Of a stretch of DNA of 64,000 nucleotides, positions 14,091-25,994 are shown one piece after another (within the stretch, counting starts at the first letter, position 1; each line of letters opens with the position of its first letter). The notes beneath the pieces were generated by a model. It searched no databases, was not told where the DNA came from, and saw only the letters and a list, made by a program, of their open reading frames with translations. The stretch lies in NCBI RefSeq assembly GCF_004210375.1, contig NC_134837.1, forward strand, positions 230,313,567 to 230,377,566. The letters are read 5' to 3'. The DNA comes from Tachypleus tridentatus. Taxonomy: Eukaryota. The position numbers and the translations under genes were made by a program.

Positions 14091-14432
14091 CGGTAATCAG
14101 TAAACAGTTTATGGATGTGGCATTTTATTAATTAAGAAATATTTTCTACAGTTTTATGTAATAAGCATGTAGGTTTAGTGTTTGTTTTGTGTCCCTTTAT
14201 GATCTTCATTCATAGATGGGTTTAGTTGTGTAATTAGGCAAAATGTTGATTTTATATGAACTAATAAAGTTAGATAATTTCTTTAAGTGAGAGGTTTGTT
14301 ATATTATAAGACAATTGTAATTGAATCCAAATTGTCTTAGGGTTAGTAACAATAATGAAAAATACTATAATATTACATTTCATGAAGTTTAATAACATAT
14401 CAAAGAATATAAATATATTGACATAAACGTAC

Positions 14433-14585
14433 TTGTTCATGAAATTGAGTTCTAAGAAGTCCGTTGCCAACATCACCACCATATCCGCCGTAACCAGTAG
14501 CTGCTACTATGTTGTCTTCTTTTTCTGTGTCTGTTTTGGTCGATCCTACAATGACCGTCAACGCAAAAATCACCACGGAAATACG
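14433..14585 (-). CDS. Cuticular protein exon 2 (51 codons): hydrophobic signal-peptide-like segment plus a Gly/Tyr-rich stretch.
   Basis: Acceptor tttcacag|CGT and donor CAA|gtacgt flank an open 153-nt frame reading RISVVIFALTVIVGSTKTDTEKEDNIVAATGYGGYGGDVGNGLLRTQFHEQ. It is phase-0 compatible with the exon at 11313. Confidence 0.45.
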
Positions 14586-14645
14586 CTGTGAAAGTTATTA
14601 CAACATTATAAGCATGAGAACTATGAAAACATAAATGCAAGAAAC

Positions 14646-14657
14646 CTGTTGTTTCAT
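14646..14657 (-). CDS. Putative micro first exon (ATG AAA CAA CAG) of the cuticular protein gene.
   Basis: The ATG is followed by 3 codons and then a gtttc donor. This is typical of insect cuticular genes, which have a very short first coding exon, but it cannot be verified without RNA data. Confidence 0.3.
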
Positions 14658-15095
14658 TTTAGAAGCAAAACGACGAAGGCACCGTTAAAAGTAAATTCGA
14701 TTTCGTAAGGTCATAAAGCAGAAACAAAAGTACGTCTGAATTCTTTGCATACTGTTATGTAATTTATTTTATTACAACTCACATTAGAAATTACGGTTGT
14801 GCATCTGCGCCTACAGTTAACCCTAAGTTTTCTTCATTTATGCAGTACTTTGCTGTATATGTTGTATTACCTATACATTATATATATCTGAAAATTTTGC
14901 CCTTTGTATTTTTATAATGAAAATAAAAGCAAACCAGCTTTAGAGTGCGCGTAGTGAAAATAAGAGCTTGAGGGGTCAAGCTTTCGTCTTCGCCATACAC
15001 TTTTAAAATTTTTGCAAAAAATACACACTAAGAAAACTAATATTTAGATAGCTGGACACTTCCTTCTGATCGGAACTACTTTAAAACAATGAGAA

Positions 15096-15372
15096 GGCCC
15101 GGCATAGTCATATGGTTAAAGCACTCAACTTGTAATCCGAGGGTCGCGGGTTCGAATCCTCGTCACATCAAAGATGCTCACCCTTGTAGTCGTGGGAGCG
15201 TTATAACGTTACGATCAATCCCACTATTCATTGGTAAAAGAGTAGCCCAAGAGCTGGCGGTGGGTGGTGATGACTAGCTGCCTTCCCTCTAGTCTTACAC
15301 TGCTAAATTAGGGACGGCTAGCAAAGATAACCCTTGTGTTGCTTTGCGCGAAATTCAAAACAAACCAAACAA
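15096..15372 (+). mobile_element. SINE-A copy.
   Basis: It runs head-first ggcccggcatagtcatatggttaaagcac...gggttcgaatcc through to a tail gcgcgaaattcaaaacaaaccaaacaa. A flanking aaacaatg repeat is a possible target-site duplication. Confidence 0.85.
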
Positions 15373-15682
15373 TGGAAGTACACTTATTTCGTTAATCACC
15401 CAACTACTGTTATCATTATCTACCGATGAAATGTACAGCATTATTTTGATTCATAAAATCCAACCTACGCGTTTCACAAGTAATGCTGTAGCTATATCGA
15501 AACAGCATTGGAACAGATTGGCCTTTTCCATCGTACTTAGAAAATTTTATTGCACAAATAAATTAATCGGATCTATTTTTAAGAACTTTTAAATCTAATT
15601 GCTATAATAATGGTAGAATAACACTTAAAAGAAACTTCTTATGAAATATTTGAGTAGAGTCTAATATCCTTAGCTTTGTTTT

Positions 15683-15788
15683 TTAAGAGCAAACTCGTCA
15701 ACGGGCTATTTGTTTCGAGGCCACCGAGCGTATCAAAACTCAATTTTTAGCGTTATAAGCCTTCAGACTTACACATGAGCCATGGGAA
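15683..15788 (-). mobile_element. SINE-B/C-like diverged copy.
   Basis: It contains gagcaaactcgtcaacgggctatttgtttcgaggccaccgagcgtatcaaaac...tttttagcgttataagccttcagacttacacatgagcc. Confidence 0.4.
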
Positions 15789-17559
15789 GGTATATCGTTA
15801 GGATTGGTTTAAAAAATAAAACTTGTTCTAATGATCTTATATACTGTGTTATTATGCTTAGTTTTTCAAAATTACGTTATGTATTTACATATCTAATCTT
15901 TATTTTATTTAAAAATACAATAAATAAACTAAAGTACATTTATAAATAATTTTAGAAATAAGACGAAAACCATCTTGCACTATATGAAAACTTTTAAAAT
16001 TAATAAGTTTAAAACTATATTTTAGTTTCCCTTCAAGAATAATGTATTACGTAGAAATATACTGATTGAAGAGTCTTTTTATTTAAAAATGTTCTTTTTC
16101 GATTATTTGATCAGAATAATGCAAAGTTTATTGTAGTTAATGAGAAGAAAGAAGAAAGTCTTGCAATTGATAAATAAAAGTAAACAGTTACTAGAACAGG
16201 GCTTTCAGTAGTAATTAAAACGGAAAACGCCTTACCGATATTCTAAGTTGATTCATGTTGTAGTGTATATTACAAGATCTACAAATCTAGCGCGTTTCTT
16301 CAAATCCTAGTAAATCTGTTATGGAACTGGTAGGGTCACACGCCCATCCTTTATATACATATTTATATACCACATTTCCTGCAAAAAATTATTTACTGTC
16401 CTCGATTTGTTCTCGTATAAGAGATGATCACCTGGTTCTTCGAAACTACAGATGACGATCCAGAATGCTTTGATTTGGCGCCAAATTGTTCGTGTGCAAC
16501 GACGTGGAGCGATGAACGATTCAGGCCACTGGCTCCGATTGTATCTTTATGGCAGTCTTGCACCATCAGTGCGGCTTACCTCGAAAATAGCAAGTAAAAT
16601 TGAGAAGTATGTACTATGACGAAAACGCATTCCTGGTTTTTGGTATTGAGGTTTCAATGTACTATAATTAGCTGAACAGATTCACCCATCTACCAGCAGT
16701 TTAATGCGTACTTATTTTACTATAGTGTATGCAAATTCTACGATTTATGTAACTATTGGAGCAGAAACAACCACAGGCCGATGTAATTTAGCTAAGTACG
16801 TGATTGATATATGATGAGCATTAAAACCCACGAGTGGCTCATTTAATGTAATTTGTGTAGTTAATTTATTACAGATGCTTCAATATTACATTTATTATTT
16901 CATCCTCACCCTCAACACGTATGTGGAAGCTTTTGTAATTAATATATTTTTTAATAGTTTTCAGTGGCTTCCTTTTATAAGTAGCTTCACTTCATAATCT
17001 TCCTTACTTCATGTTTAACTAATCTGTCAGCAACGTTTTAGTAAGATTTTTATTCGTGCTGAACTAACACACAAAAGATAAGCACAAAGGAAGTTCAGTT
17101 TTGTGCTCTTTAATCAAAATCCGAAGAGATGAAAAGTTTAGATTTATGTTTATTCTCATAAATGCAGCCTATTTAATAACATTTAGAGATTACTACGTAA
17201 ACAGGCCGAAAAAGAAAGTAACACTTTATTTTCATTAACCTTTCTCTGATAGAAAGTTTTATTAAAATATCGTTGGAATTATATCAGTGAAAAATATTTT
17301 GCAGTTAGAAATATCAATGAGGCAAGGGTTATTAATTAAAAAGATACAAGCCTTTGATACAGTGTGAACAACATACAAATTATTGTTGTAACTAGTTTCT
17401 TATCACTACAACAATAGGATAAAAATGGGCCCCGTAAACTATGAATATATCTTTAATTATTAATAAACAGCACACTTAAAAATATCAACAGTTTATTGTA
17501 TGTGCAAGCTCTTTAAGTTACAAAAGGGCAATTTTCGCTATTCGAATGTTCAGCTTGTA

Positions 17560-17905
17560 CATGATTGTTTCTGGCACAAGAACGATGTCGGAAGATCACC
17601 TTAGCAAAACGACCTCTTTATTGTCCAAAATTCGCAACTATCCTTTTGTTAACGTCACAGACCATGACCTCGAAATCTCTTCACTTGTAGAAAATCGTGC
17701 ATTCAAGTGAATATACAAACTGCACGAGCCTTACCAACTGGCCAGTCAAAACATCAGAGAATGTAGTTTGTACTTTTTCTCTTGTAAGGAATTTCTTCTT
17801 ACACGTATGTGCAATAGCACAATCATGCTGAAAACATCTTTGGAAATTAAGTGAAATGATTATGTAATATTCAAGGGAAAGTAAACATGAAAATATATGT
17901 CTCAA
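17560..17905 (-). pseudogene. mariner-like transposase C-terminal fragment.
   Basis: The minus-strand ORF reads ...FQHDCAIAHTCKKKFLTREKVQTTFSDVLTGQLVRLVQF, resembling HDNA.(P/S)HT...L..E.V....HPPYSPDLAP.D..LF of mariner transposases. Confidence 0.35.
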
Positions 17906-17956
17906 CAGAAAAATTAAAAAGGATAAACCTAAATTTGGATCTTCAAAGGGTTGTAT

Positions 17957-18066
17957 ATTTTCTTAAAGCAAAGCCACATTTGAATACTTGATGTGTTTAC
18001 CAAGGGGAGTCAAACCCTTAATTTTAGCATTGTAAATCTGAAAGCTTACTGCTGTTCCACTGAGAG
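17957..18066 (-). mobile_element. SINE-B diverged copy.
   Basis: It contains aaagcaaagccacatttgaatac...caaacccttaattttagcattgtaaatctgaaagcttactgctgttccactgagag. Confidence 0.5.
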
Positions 18067-19280
18067 ACAAATCTTAAAGAAAGACAAAAATTAGAATGAT
18101 ATTATTACAAAGATGCTAAAGCGACATCACACTTGTATGTTCCAAAAACACGAGCCAACTAGTAAATGCAATAATTACACTGAATGCGTACACAAATGGC
18201 ACTAGATTAAATATTAACTTGATGTTTCAAAAGCGAGTGAACAATAATATGTGAATGGAGGTCAGTGTAAGAAGCACATGACTCTTTTGTAACAGATTAA
18301 ATTTAGTCTTGCTGTAATGTAGGTCAGACATTGTGCATACATAATTAAACTGTTGTTTGTAAATTCTTTGCTAACTTTCATAATTATATAATGGTTAGTG
18401 TTAGGCCCTTCTCTTTATGAGAGAATGACCTGCTCAACTACGACTCAGCTCGATTTAGTTAGTGTTACTCGTGAATAGGCGTAACGTTGGGTTTTAATAC
18501 AAGGTGTTCAGTTTATTCTTTCAATTTTTTTTTTAAATACGTGTCTAATTTATAGAAAAATTAGTGTCATATAAATATCAATATTTTAGGCAAAAACGAA
18601 ACACAAAGTACTCTAACCGAATTAAAAAGTAGGCTTAGATGTCGTTAAACTTTGGATTCTTCAATGATTGAAACTGTGTTTTAACTTTATAGGGTTCTTT
18701 CTCGCGCGCGTTTTGATATTTATGATTGATATTCTGATCAGACCTTAAATTATTATTAAGTCGTAATAATAAGGAAAAAATGGCATCAATCACTTTGAGT
18801 AAACATGTCCAACAGGTTTTAATATCTAGTTCAGCTCTAAAAATATGTCACACTAAAGGTCACGACAATGGTAAAGAAACATTTATTAATAATGTATTAC
18901 TAGGGGTAGGAGAGGGTTGTTTTAAAGTAATACTATAGCATTGTCTCCATTGATCTCAGAAGCATCCACAAACCTTCCAGGTTTTTGAGAAAAAACAAAC
19001 AGGAATAACACAGAAGCATCGGGCGTGAACAAATGATATGTAGCTGAACTTCGCAGTGTGAAATGTAAAGCCTACCTGTTACACAGTTAATGGTAAGTTA
19101 CGAAATCACATGTGTGAACAACAGTATTACACCAAATCTTGTTTCTATTTCACGTACAATATTGATTGTTTATAGGACTGTACGTATATCAAATCAACTA
19201 TAAACTTTTTACACAGGTTTTCTCTCGTGAATTTTATTTTTTGTTGAGCGCAAAGCTACACAGTTGGTTATCTATTCTCT

Positions 19281-19404
19281 GTTGTTGTTTTGGATTAAGC
19301 ACAAAGCTACACAATGGGCTATCTGTGGTCTGCCCACCACGGGTATCGAAACCTGGTTTTTAGCGTCGTAAGTCCGCAGTTATACCGCTGAGCCACTGGG
19401 GGGC
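19281..19404 (-). mobile_element. SINE-C copy. It is flanked upstream by a 45-bp tail fragment (19236-19280) and downstream by a diverged partial copy (19405-19490), forming a local tandem cluster.
   Basis: It contains gttgttgttttggattaagcacaaagctacacaatgggctatctgtggtctgcccaccacgggtatcgaaacctggtttttagcgtcgtaagtccgcagttataccgctgagccactgggggg. Confidence 0.85.
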
Positions 19405-19490
19405 TGTCTATTCTCTGCCCACCTTTGTCATCGAAAACTAATTTTTAGAGTTATATGCACTCACACTTTTCGCTGAGCTACCTTCGAGGG
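19405..19490 (-). mobile_element. SINE-C-like diverged partial copy abutting the previous copy.
   Basis: It contains ctgtctattctctgcccacctttgtcatcgaaaactaatttttagagttatatgcactcacacttttcgctgagctacc. Confidence 0.4.
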
Positions 19491-20116
19491 GGAGTGTCGT
19501 AGGTGTTGAAAACTGAGTAAACTAAGTAATACACATAACAGCGACGTCCCTGTCTCTGTAACAAAGGGGTTATTCAATCAAAGCAGTCCGGGAGGTTGAA
19601 GGCCGCATAGTCCCCAGCGGTCCAGGAAAAGCATCCTACAACTACAGCATTTCAAATTTATTGAATAGCATATCCATAACTGTACAAGTACTTGAAACAT
19701 ACTTTATACAACTCTGTATTTTATTTTGTCATTATTATAATTTATCTCCGGCGAGTCTCTGATTTATTATGTTAAGTATTGCGATTTCAAATTAACTGAA
19801 ACAGAATTAATTTATAATTTAAATGTAGAAATTAATTAAATATCGATATGTATCACATTTATGATATTTGTCAACAAGACTGATACACAAAGTTTTCTTT
19901 CTTAACACAAATATATTTTGATATAAAAGCAATACAATTTATAATAACGGTTGTTACAAATAATGATTTATCTACAAGACTTTTACAAGCTTACAAAAAT
20001 GATTGAGTCTTCTATCTGGTCTGGAACTTAGTTTGCCATAGTCGGTGTACTATAAATCTCGGAAGCTTCAGATATTTGATCAGGAACGTTTATAAATTTC
20101 TGACATTACTAACATT

Positions 20117-20577
20117 TTAACTTCAGCGAATTCACATCATACATTCGTAATTTTACGAAAACATTACATAACTGCAGTAATGGAATAACTAAATGTGTGG
20201 CTGGTGAAGAAAGAGGAATACAAAGCTAGCTAGTACACTCTTAAGTGAATTGTACCTACATCAACTCAAAATTAACGTGATACTCATGACTCCTTGAGAA
20301 GACATAAAGTAAGTTCCAGTCCAGAAAGAAGACTCAGTATTGTTTTTACGTTTGTAAAACTCTTGTACATAAATCATTGTTTTTGACCACAGTTATTGTA
20401 AATTATTGTTTGTGTAATAAAATATATTCGTATTAAAAAGAAATTGTTGGTATCAATTTGTTGGCAAGCATCATAAATTGGATACTTATCGACATATATT
20501 TAACTTCTAAATCTAAATTTCACTTTTACTCAATTTTAGGCTACTTGAAATTGTAATACGTAACATAAAAAACTGGA
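20117..20577 (+). repeat. 5' LTR of the retrotransposon remnant.
   Basis: The block taacttcagcgaattcac...cattacataactgcagtaatgg...ggctacttgaaattgtaatacgtaaca is repeated at 24327-24777. Confidence 0.6.
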
Positions 20578-20584
20578 GCTCATG

Positions 20585-20610
20585 TCAGAGATTTGAATCA
20601 GAGACAAAAT
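20585..20610 (+). promoter_or_regulatory. Putative PBS, 26 nt, complementary to a tRNA 3' end.
   Basis: The sequence tggagctcatgtcagagatttgaatc has reverse complement gattcaaatctctgacatgagctcca. It ends in CCA preceded by an acceptor-stem and T-loop-like (gattcaaatc) sequence. Confidence 0.45.
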
Positions 20611-21090
20611 TCGATTTAACTTCAATCTCAAATCATAATTAAATTTATATTTATCAGTGCCAACAAGATTTGATCGTGCCAGATTATTATGATATTCTTA
20701 AATCTCTTTCTCTTAAACAACTAGAAATATATAACAAAAGTGAATTGCTAGAAATTGCTAAAGTTTTAGAAGTAGAAGTTAAAAAATAAATGAAGAAAAA
20801 ACGAATTAAAAAAGCATATTATTGAAATACTAGTCAATGTTAACTAGTTATCATAGGAAGCATTAGAGAAATACATTGTGTCCCCACTGGCAATCTGGGT
20901 TGAGTGATAAAGATAAGTTAGAGATCCAGCTAAAATTTTAAAAAATCGAGCTTGAGGAAGTTTGCATCGAAGCCGAGAAAGAACAAGTTCATTTCGAAGC
21001 AGCAGCATGGGAGTTGAAAAGGAAATTAAGCTTAAAGAAATACAACTGAGACTCAACTCTGATCGACCACGGTAAAACGATAAGTTTGGG

Positions 21091-21600
21091 CTTAATCGAT
21101 ATGTTAAAGTACCACCATTCGGAGAAAATGAAGTTGATAAATATTTTCAACATTTTCGGAAGGTCGACCAAATGATGGAATGGCCCACTGAAAAATTGTC
21201 ATTATTATTACAAAGTGTTTTAACTAATAAAGCACAAAAAGGCTTATGGCACTCTTTCCTCTCTCTTTCTCTAGAAAATTGAATGAATTATAATAAGGAT
21301 TAAAACGAACTGTTCTCAAAGCCCACGAGTTAGTGCTGGAGGCTTATTAACAAAAGTTTCGAGGTTATCGCAAGCAAGATAGCCCAAGAAAAAGAGGTTT
21401 ATTTTGATCAGAGATATAATTCTATAAATATTGGCAATAGTTTTGACAAACTAAGACAATCATATCTAATTAAGAAATTTAAATGCTGTACAAATGACAA
21501 CCTCAAAACTTACTTGAATAAAAAGAAAGTTGAGACACTACAGAAAGCAGCTGCTATTTCTGATTATTACACGTTAACATATAAATCCAATTTTCATAAA
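21091..21600 (+). pseudogene. Gag-like remnant of the LTR element.
   Basis: It reads LNRYVKVPPFGENEVDKYFQHFRKVDQMMEWPTEKLSLLLQSVLTNKAQKGLW, and further on ...NDNLKTYLNKKKVETLQKAAAISDYYTLTYK. This resembles the retrotransposon gag motif ...DLK.YL.EKKV.TLEEAA.LAD.Y.LTHK. It is interrupted by stops. Confidence 0.5.
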
Positions 21601-21739
21601 AAAGATGTTCCTACCATCTCAATAAAAACCTGTATCTGTTCAATCCACAGAAGTTGAGAATTATTTAAAAAATCATCTCCTCTAGTTTGAAACTTTCTGA
21701 CATTCAGAATAAATCTTCATGAAAACCATCAAATTCTGT

Positions 21740-22190
21740 CTGCCATTTGTTAATAATATTGGTCATGTTACATCCATTTGTTGGCGTTTGAAAAAGAAAA
21801 GGAGGACACCCGCAGCATTCAGTTCTACATTTAACGAGATCACCAAATGTTCTTGATTTGGCCATTGATACAAAAGCTGATGTAGTCAAGGTGGAATTTA
21901 GACCTATTGTGTCTGTTGGTTCTGTATATTCTGCATAATACTCAGTCATTGTTGTTAGAAGGTATATTGCCTTTAGATTCGACTTCTACCACTGGTGAGT
22001 TTGTTATTGCTCAGGGTATTGAGGGTGGCTTTGTTAATGTTCCTCTTCGTAACATTTATTTAACATTATACCTAGTTTCGAGATCAGTCGTGGTTGTAGT
22101 AAGATCTACTCTGCCAATTAAGGGTGCTTCATTATTGCTTGGAAGCTATTTAGTTGGGAAAAAGTTGTTGCTGAACCCAAAATGATTAGA
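21740..22190 (+). pseudogene. Degenerate CCHC-knuckle plus aspartic-protease-like segment.
   Basis: It reads CLPFVNNIGHVTSICWRLKKK (a decayed CX2CX4HX4C) and then ...GIEGGFVNVPL...STLPIKGASLLLGSYLVGKK (compare LLLGNDLL in retroelement proteases). Confidence 0.4.
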
Positions 22191-22693
22191 AGAGTCCGAA
22201 TGTGCTGTTACTTGAGCTTAGACTTAGAATTTAAGCCAAAAACAAATGATAGGCACGTATTTAGAGAACAATAGATTTGTTTCAGACATTTTTTGAGTCC
22301 GACATGGATCTTGTGAAGGATTGTTCTCCTGACAATTCAGTTAGTGACAATGTTGGGCGTAAGGGATCTGGTTCAACTAGTGAAGTTTCGTTTGCTAGAA
22401 GTAAACCGATCGCCGAGCAAAAAAAAAAGGATCTACAGCTTTCTTCGTAATTTAAGTATAAACCCCCAAAAGATGAACTGGAGAAAGAATCAAATGGTTA
22501 TTTTTCAAAAATTGTGTGTTAACGTAGAAATTGAGACCACCAGATGTGCCAGCTTCAGAGGACTTGGTTGTAGTTTATCAAATCATTGCCCCAAAAGCAT
22601 ATCGTTCTGAAATATTGATAGTTACTTCTGAACTCACCGTGACATTTGTTTGGGCTAAAAATTAGACAAGATGTTTTTTTGTTTTTTTTTAGT

Positions 22694-23182
22694 TACCGTA
22701 TTTTCCGGTTAATAAGCCGAATCGCCGAATAAGCCGAGACCAATTTTCAGCTCTGAAAATGAGGGTTTTTGCTTATTACCGCCCAATAAGCCGAAGCCAT
22801 TTTTAAGAAGTTACAAGTTTCTTCAAAATGATTTCTTAGTCTCGTTTCAGCGTCAGCATGCATGTTGTGTGTGATCATTGGCGTTCTGTAGTAAAGCAGA
22901 ACGTGTCGTATTGAGACAGAGATGGAATCAATATGTCATTCGTTATTGGCTCCACTCACTGTAATTAGGTAACCAATGAAATTCCAGAAACAACGTTTCA
23001 CTGTAGTCTTAACGTGCTTTGCTGATGGGACAAAATTACCGCCTATGGTAATTTTCAAAAGAAAAACATTTCCTAAGAAGAAGACATTTCCGAAAGGAGT
23101 GATCGGCCAATAAGCCGACCCCCAAAAATCTGGTCCAAAATTTAGGGCCAGAAATTCGACTTATTAGGCGGAAAATACGGTA
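22694..23182. mobile_element. MITE (489 bp) with ~28-80 bp terminal inverted repeats, TACCGTATTTTCCGGTTAATAAGCCGAA...; TA-flanked (Tc1/mariner/Stowaway-like).
   Basis: The left end is taccgtattttccggttaataagccgaatcgccgaataagccgag. The right end is ...cgacttattaggcggaaaatacggta, which is its reverse complement. It lies inside the LTR element. Confidence 0.7.
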
Positions 23183-23189
23183 TGTAAAA

Positions 23190-23760
23190 TACCTGTAAGT
23201 CGGTTGGGAAACCGAACCAGAAAATTCCTGTTGCTTCTTTGAATCCTATCGAAGAACCCTCCAGTCGTGTGAAAGTTGATTGCATTGCGAATTATCCAAC
23301 TCCTACCAACAAAAAAACTCTAATGAGATTTTTGGGAATGGTTGGTTATTTTATTGACATCACTGTACCATTAACAAACATACTGAAGAAAAATCAAAAG
23401 TTTAAGTGATCTGAAACATATCAATCTTCTTTTAAAAAAGTAAAATCTTTATTGTATACTTACCTTGTACTGATGGCATCTGACGTTGACAAGTCTTTCT
23501 CATTAGTTGTTGATGCCAGTGATTGTAGCGCTGATATCATTCTATTAAAATCAGACAAGGAAGACATTGAACACCCTGTTTGTTATTTTACTAAAAAAGT
23601 TACATTGTTAAGAAAATAACTATTATACTTTGGAAAAAGAAACATTGCCTTTAGTGTTAGCTTTAGAACATTTCAACATGTATGTACATGAATCACAACA
23701 ACTGAAGCATAACACTATAAAAGTGTGATATGAAAATATTCCATTTCAAAGGGATTGATA
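23190..23760 (+). pseudogene. RT C-terminus / RNase H remnant of the LTR element.
   Basis: It reads CIANYPTPTNKKTLMRFLGMVGYFIDITVPLTNILKKNQKFK, then ...DKSFSLVVDASDCSADIILLKSDKEDIEHPVCYFTKKVTLL. This matches the conserved ..P.P.....L..FLG...YYR.FI...A.PL..LL.K / TDAS..G.GAVL.Q....HP.AY.S pattern. Confidence 0.55.
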
Positions 23761-24326
23761 ACATCCGTACTGATGCATTTTCGCGTGCTATGTAATTTTA
23801 TGATCACGAAGTAAACAAATGTATTATATTTAATGCATTGTTCGCAATGTACATATATATATATATATCATATGTTTGTTTAAAATTGTCTACCGCTAAT
23901 TTTTATTCTTTATAAGGTAGATGTGACGGATTTGCTATCATACATCTTTTTAACATCAACATTCGTTAAGTTAAATTTACATTAAAAAATGTGCATAACT
24001 TATACTGTCAAATCCGTATTGTGAAATTCCCACCTGTTTACTAAACTTGTAGAAGATTATAGAGTGTAAGAATCAACAATGAATGTGAGTTTGTAAACAT
24101 TAGTGTGTCGCCTGTATTGTTGTGAAGGGCTGAAATTTCTAGATACTTTCCTCACACCTGTAAATGTAACCAACACGAACGTGCCAAAATACAGTATATA
24201 TTATTAGTTTGCTATAGGTAGTATACAATAAACTTTGGAATCTATAATTGTATTTAACACTTAGTAATAGGTAATTTTAGGTATTTGACAATGAATGTTT
24301 ACAAAATTCGAACGTTACAAACTATT

Positions 24327-24777
24327 TAACTTCCGCGGTTTCTCGTCAGATACGAGTATTTTTACAGAAGCATTACATAACTTCAGTGATAGAATAAATC
24401 AACGTATGGCCGGCGAAATAAGCAGAATATAAGACCAAGTAGCATCTGTTAAGTGAATTGTACCTACATCAACACTCATCGTCAATATTCGATAAGATAT
24501 CAAGGAAGTTCTAGACCAGAAAGAAGACTTAATGTTCTTTGTAGGTTTGTAAATCTTTTGTACATAGATCGTTATTTGTAATAACTGTTATTGTAAATTT
24601 TGTTATTGTTTGTATACTAAAATATATTTGTACTAAGAAAATAAATTGTGTGTATCAGTCATGTTGGCAAGCGTCATAAATCGGATGCACATCGACATCT
24701 ATTTAACTTCTAAATCTAAATTACAGTCTAACTCAGTTTTAGGCTATTTGAAATTGTAATACGTAATACTGATCTTC
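24327..24777 (+). repeat. 3' LTR of the retrotransposon remnant.
   Basis: The block taacttccgcggtttctcg...cattacataacttcagtgatag...ggctatttgaaattgtaatacgtaatac aligns along its length to 20117-20577. Confidence 0.6.
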
Positions 24778-25123
24778 ATAGTAAATAAGAGTATAAAAGT
24801 TTTTCTTGATGATGAGAAACCCACTTCAAAAAAAAATGTATCTCAGAACGGCTGGTATGGGTATTAGAACTTTTACTAATAAAGCAGAGAACAACGTTTC
24901 GAGCTACCTGGGTTAACCTGAAGATGGCCATGCTGAGATACATTAGCACAAAAGTTTATTTCGCTTGTCTCATATCGGTGAGAAAGAGATGTTTCATACA
25001 TTATTAAATAAATTAATAAAACCCTATGAAAATGCCTTATTAAATAAAGAAATAACTGGTGCATTTCTTTCATATAAATAGTTTTTGAAATTGCATTTAA
25101 TTTATCGCATTCACTCACTTCTA

Positions 25124-25401
25124 GGCCCGGAATGGCCAGGTGGATAAGGCACTCGACTCGTAATCTGACGATCGCGGATTCGAATCACAGTCACACCAAA
25201 CATGCTAACCCTTTCATTCATGGGGGCGTTATAATGTGACAGTCAATCCCATTATTCGTTGGTAGAAGAGTAGCCCAAGATTTGGCGGTGGGTGGTGATG
25301 ACTAGTTGTTTCCCTTTAATCTTATACTGCTAAATTAGGGATGGCTAATGCAGATAGCCCTCGTGTAGCTTTGGGCGAAAATTAAAAACACACAAACAAA
25401 C
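25124..25401 (+). mobile_element. SINE-A copy.
   Basis: It runs from ggcccggaatggccaggtggataaggcac to gcgaaaattaaaaacacacaaacaaac. Confidence 0.85.
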
Positions 25402-25730
25402 TCTTTCTTCTATTCTTACCCTTTTCTTTCCACCTTTCTATTCTCTATCTATTTTCCATAAGATATTTTATTCGTCTTCTATTTCCACTCTTACTTCGTT
25501 CTTACCATTTTGTACACGTTGTATTTGTTAACTATTTTTCTACCTCATTTATGTTTTCATCAGTTAATCAGCTTTCCACTATTCAGTTTCTTTTGATGCA
25601 TTATACACATACACACACCTTCCGATCTTTTCTTCTTTTCCTTAGCACAATCTGTACTTTTTCTTTTTTTTAGCATTTCTCGATAATTGTTTACTTACAA
25701 GCCATTTCCACATCCAAGTCCTTATATTTG
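25402..25730 (+). repeat. Polypyrimidine spacer following SINE-A copy 25124.
   Basis: It contains ctctttcttctattcttacccttttctttccacctttctattctc.... This forms a 607-bp SINE+spacer period with the next unit. Confidence 0.7.
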
Positions 25731-25994
25731 GGGCCCCGGCATGGCCAGGTGCTTTAGGCGCTTGGCTCGTAATCCGAAGGCCGCCGGTTCGAATCCCTGT
25801 CACACCAAACATGCTCGCCCTTTCAGCCGTGGGGAGTTGTAATGTGACGGTCAATCCCACTATTCGTTGATAAAAGAGTAGCCCAAGACTTGACGTTGGG
25901 TGGTGATGAATAGCTGCCTTCCCACTGTTAATTTAAGGACGGCTATCGTAGATAGCCTTCGTGCAGCTTTGCACGAAATTAAAAATAAACCAAA
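25731..25994 (+). mobile_element. SINE-A copy, 607 bp downstream of the previous one and in the same orientation.
   Basis: It runs from ggccccggcatggccaggtgctttaggcg to gcacgaaattaaaaataaaccaaa. It is flanked by cttatatttg and ctcatatttg. Confidence 0.85.

Larger units (their letters stand above)
20117..24777 (+). mobile_element. Degenerate LTR retrotransposon, internally deleted, with ~455-bp LTRs (BEL/Pao or Ty3/gypsy-like). A MITE is nested at 22694-23182.
   Basis: Direct repeats 20117-20577 and 24327-24777 are about 75-80% identical. A tRNA-3'-end-complementary primer-binding site (PBS) follows the 5' LTR immediately. Gag, zinc-knuckle/protease and RT-RNaseH remnants lie in the + orientation between them. 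There is no integrase and most of the RT is absent. Confidence 0.6.

Noticed and set aside
15096-15277. ORFs overlapping SINE-A copies (15089-15277, 10263-10451, 40709-40911, 45325-45567) and possible tRNA genes in SINE heads.
   Set aside because: Each falls inside a SINE. The tRNA-like heads (ggcccggcatggcc...gggttcgaatcc) lack a complementary 3' acceptor strand, so they are SINE heads, not tRNA genes.
16420-16590. A slightly GC-richer stretch with a GAG|gtaagc donor-like site on the minus strand.
   Set aside because: No coherent open reading frame with protein-like composition adjoins it on either strand.
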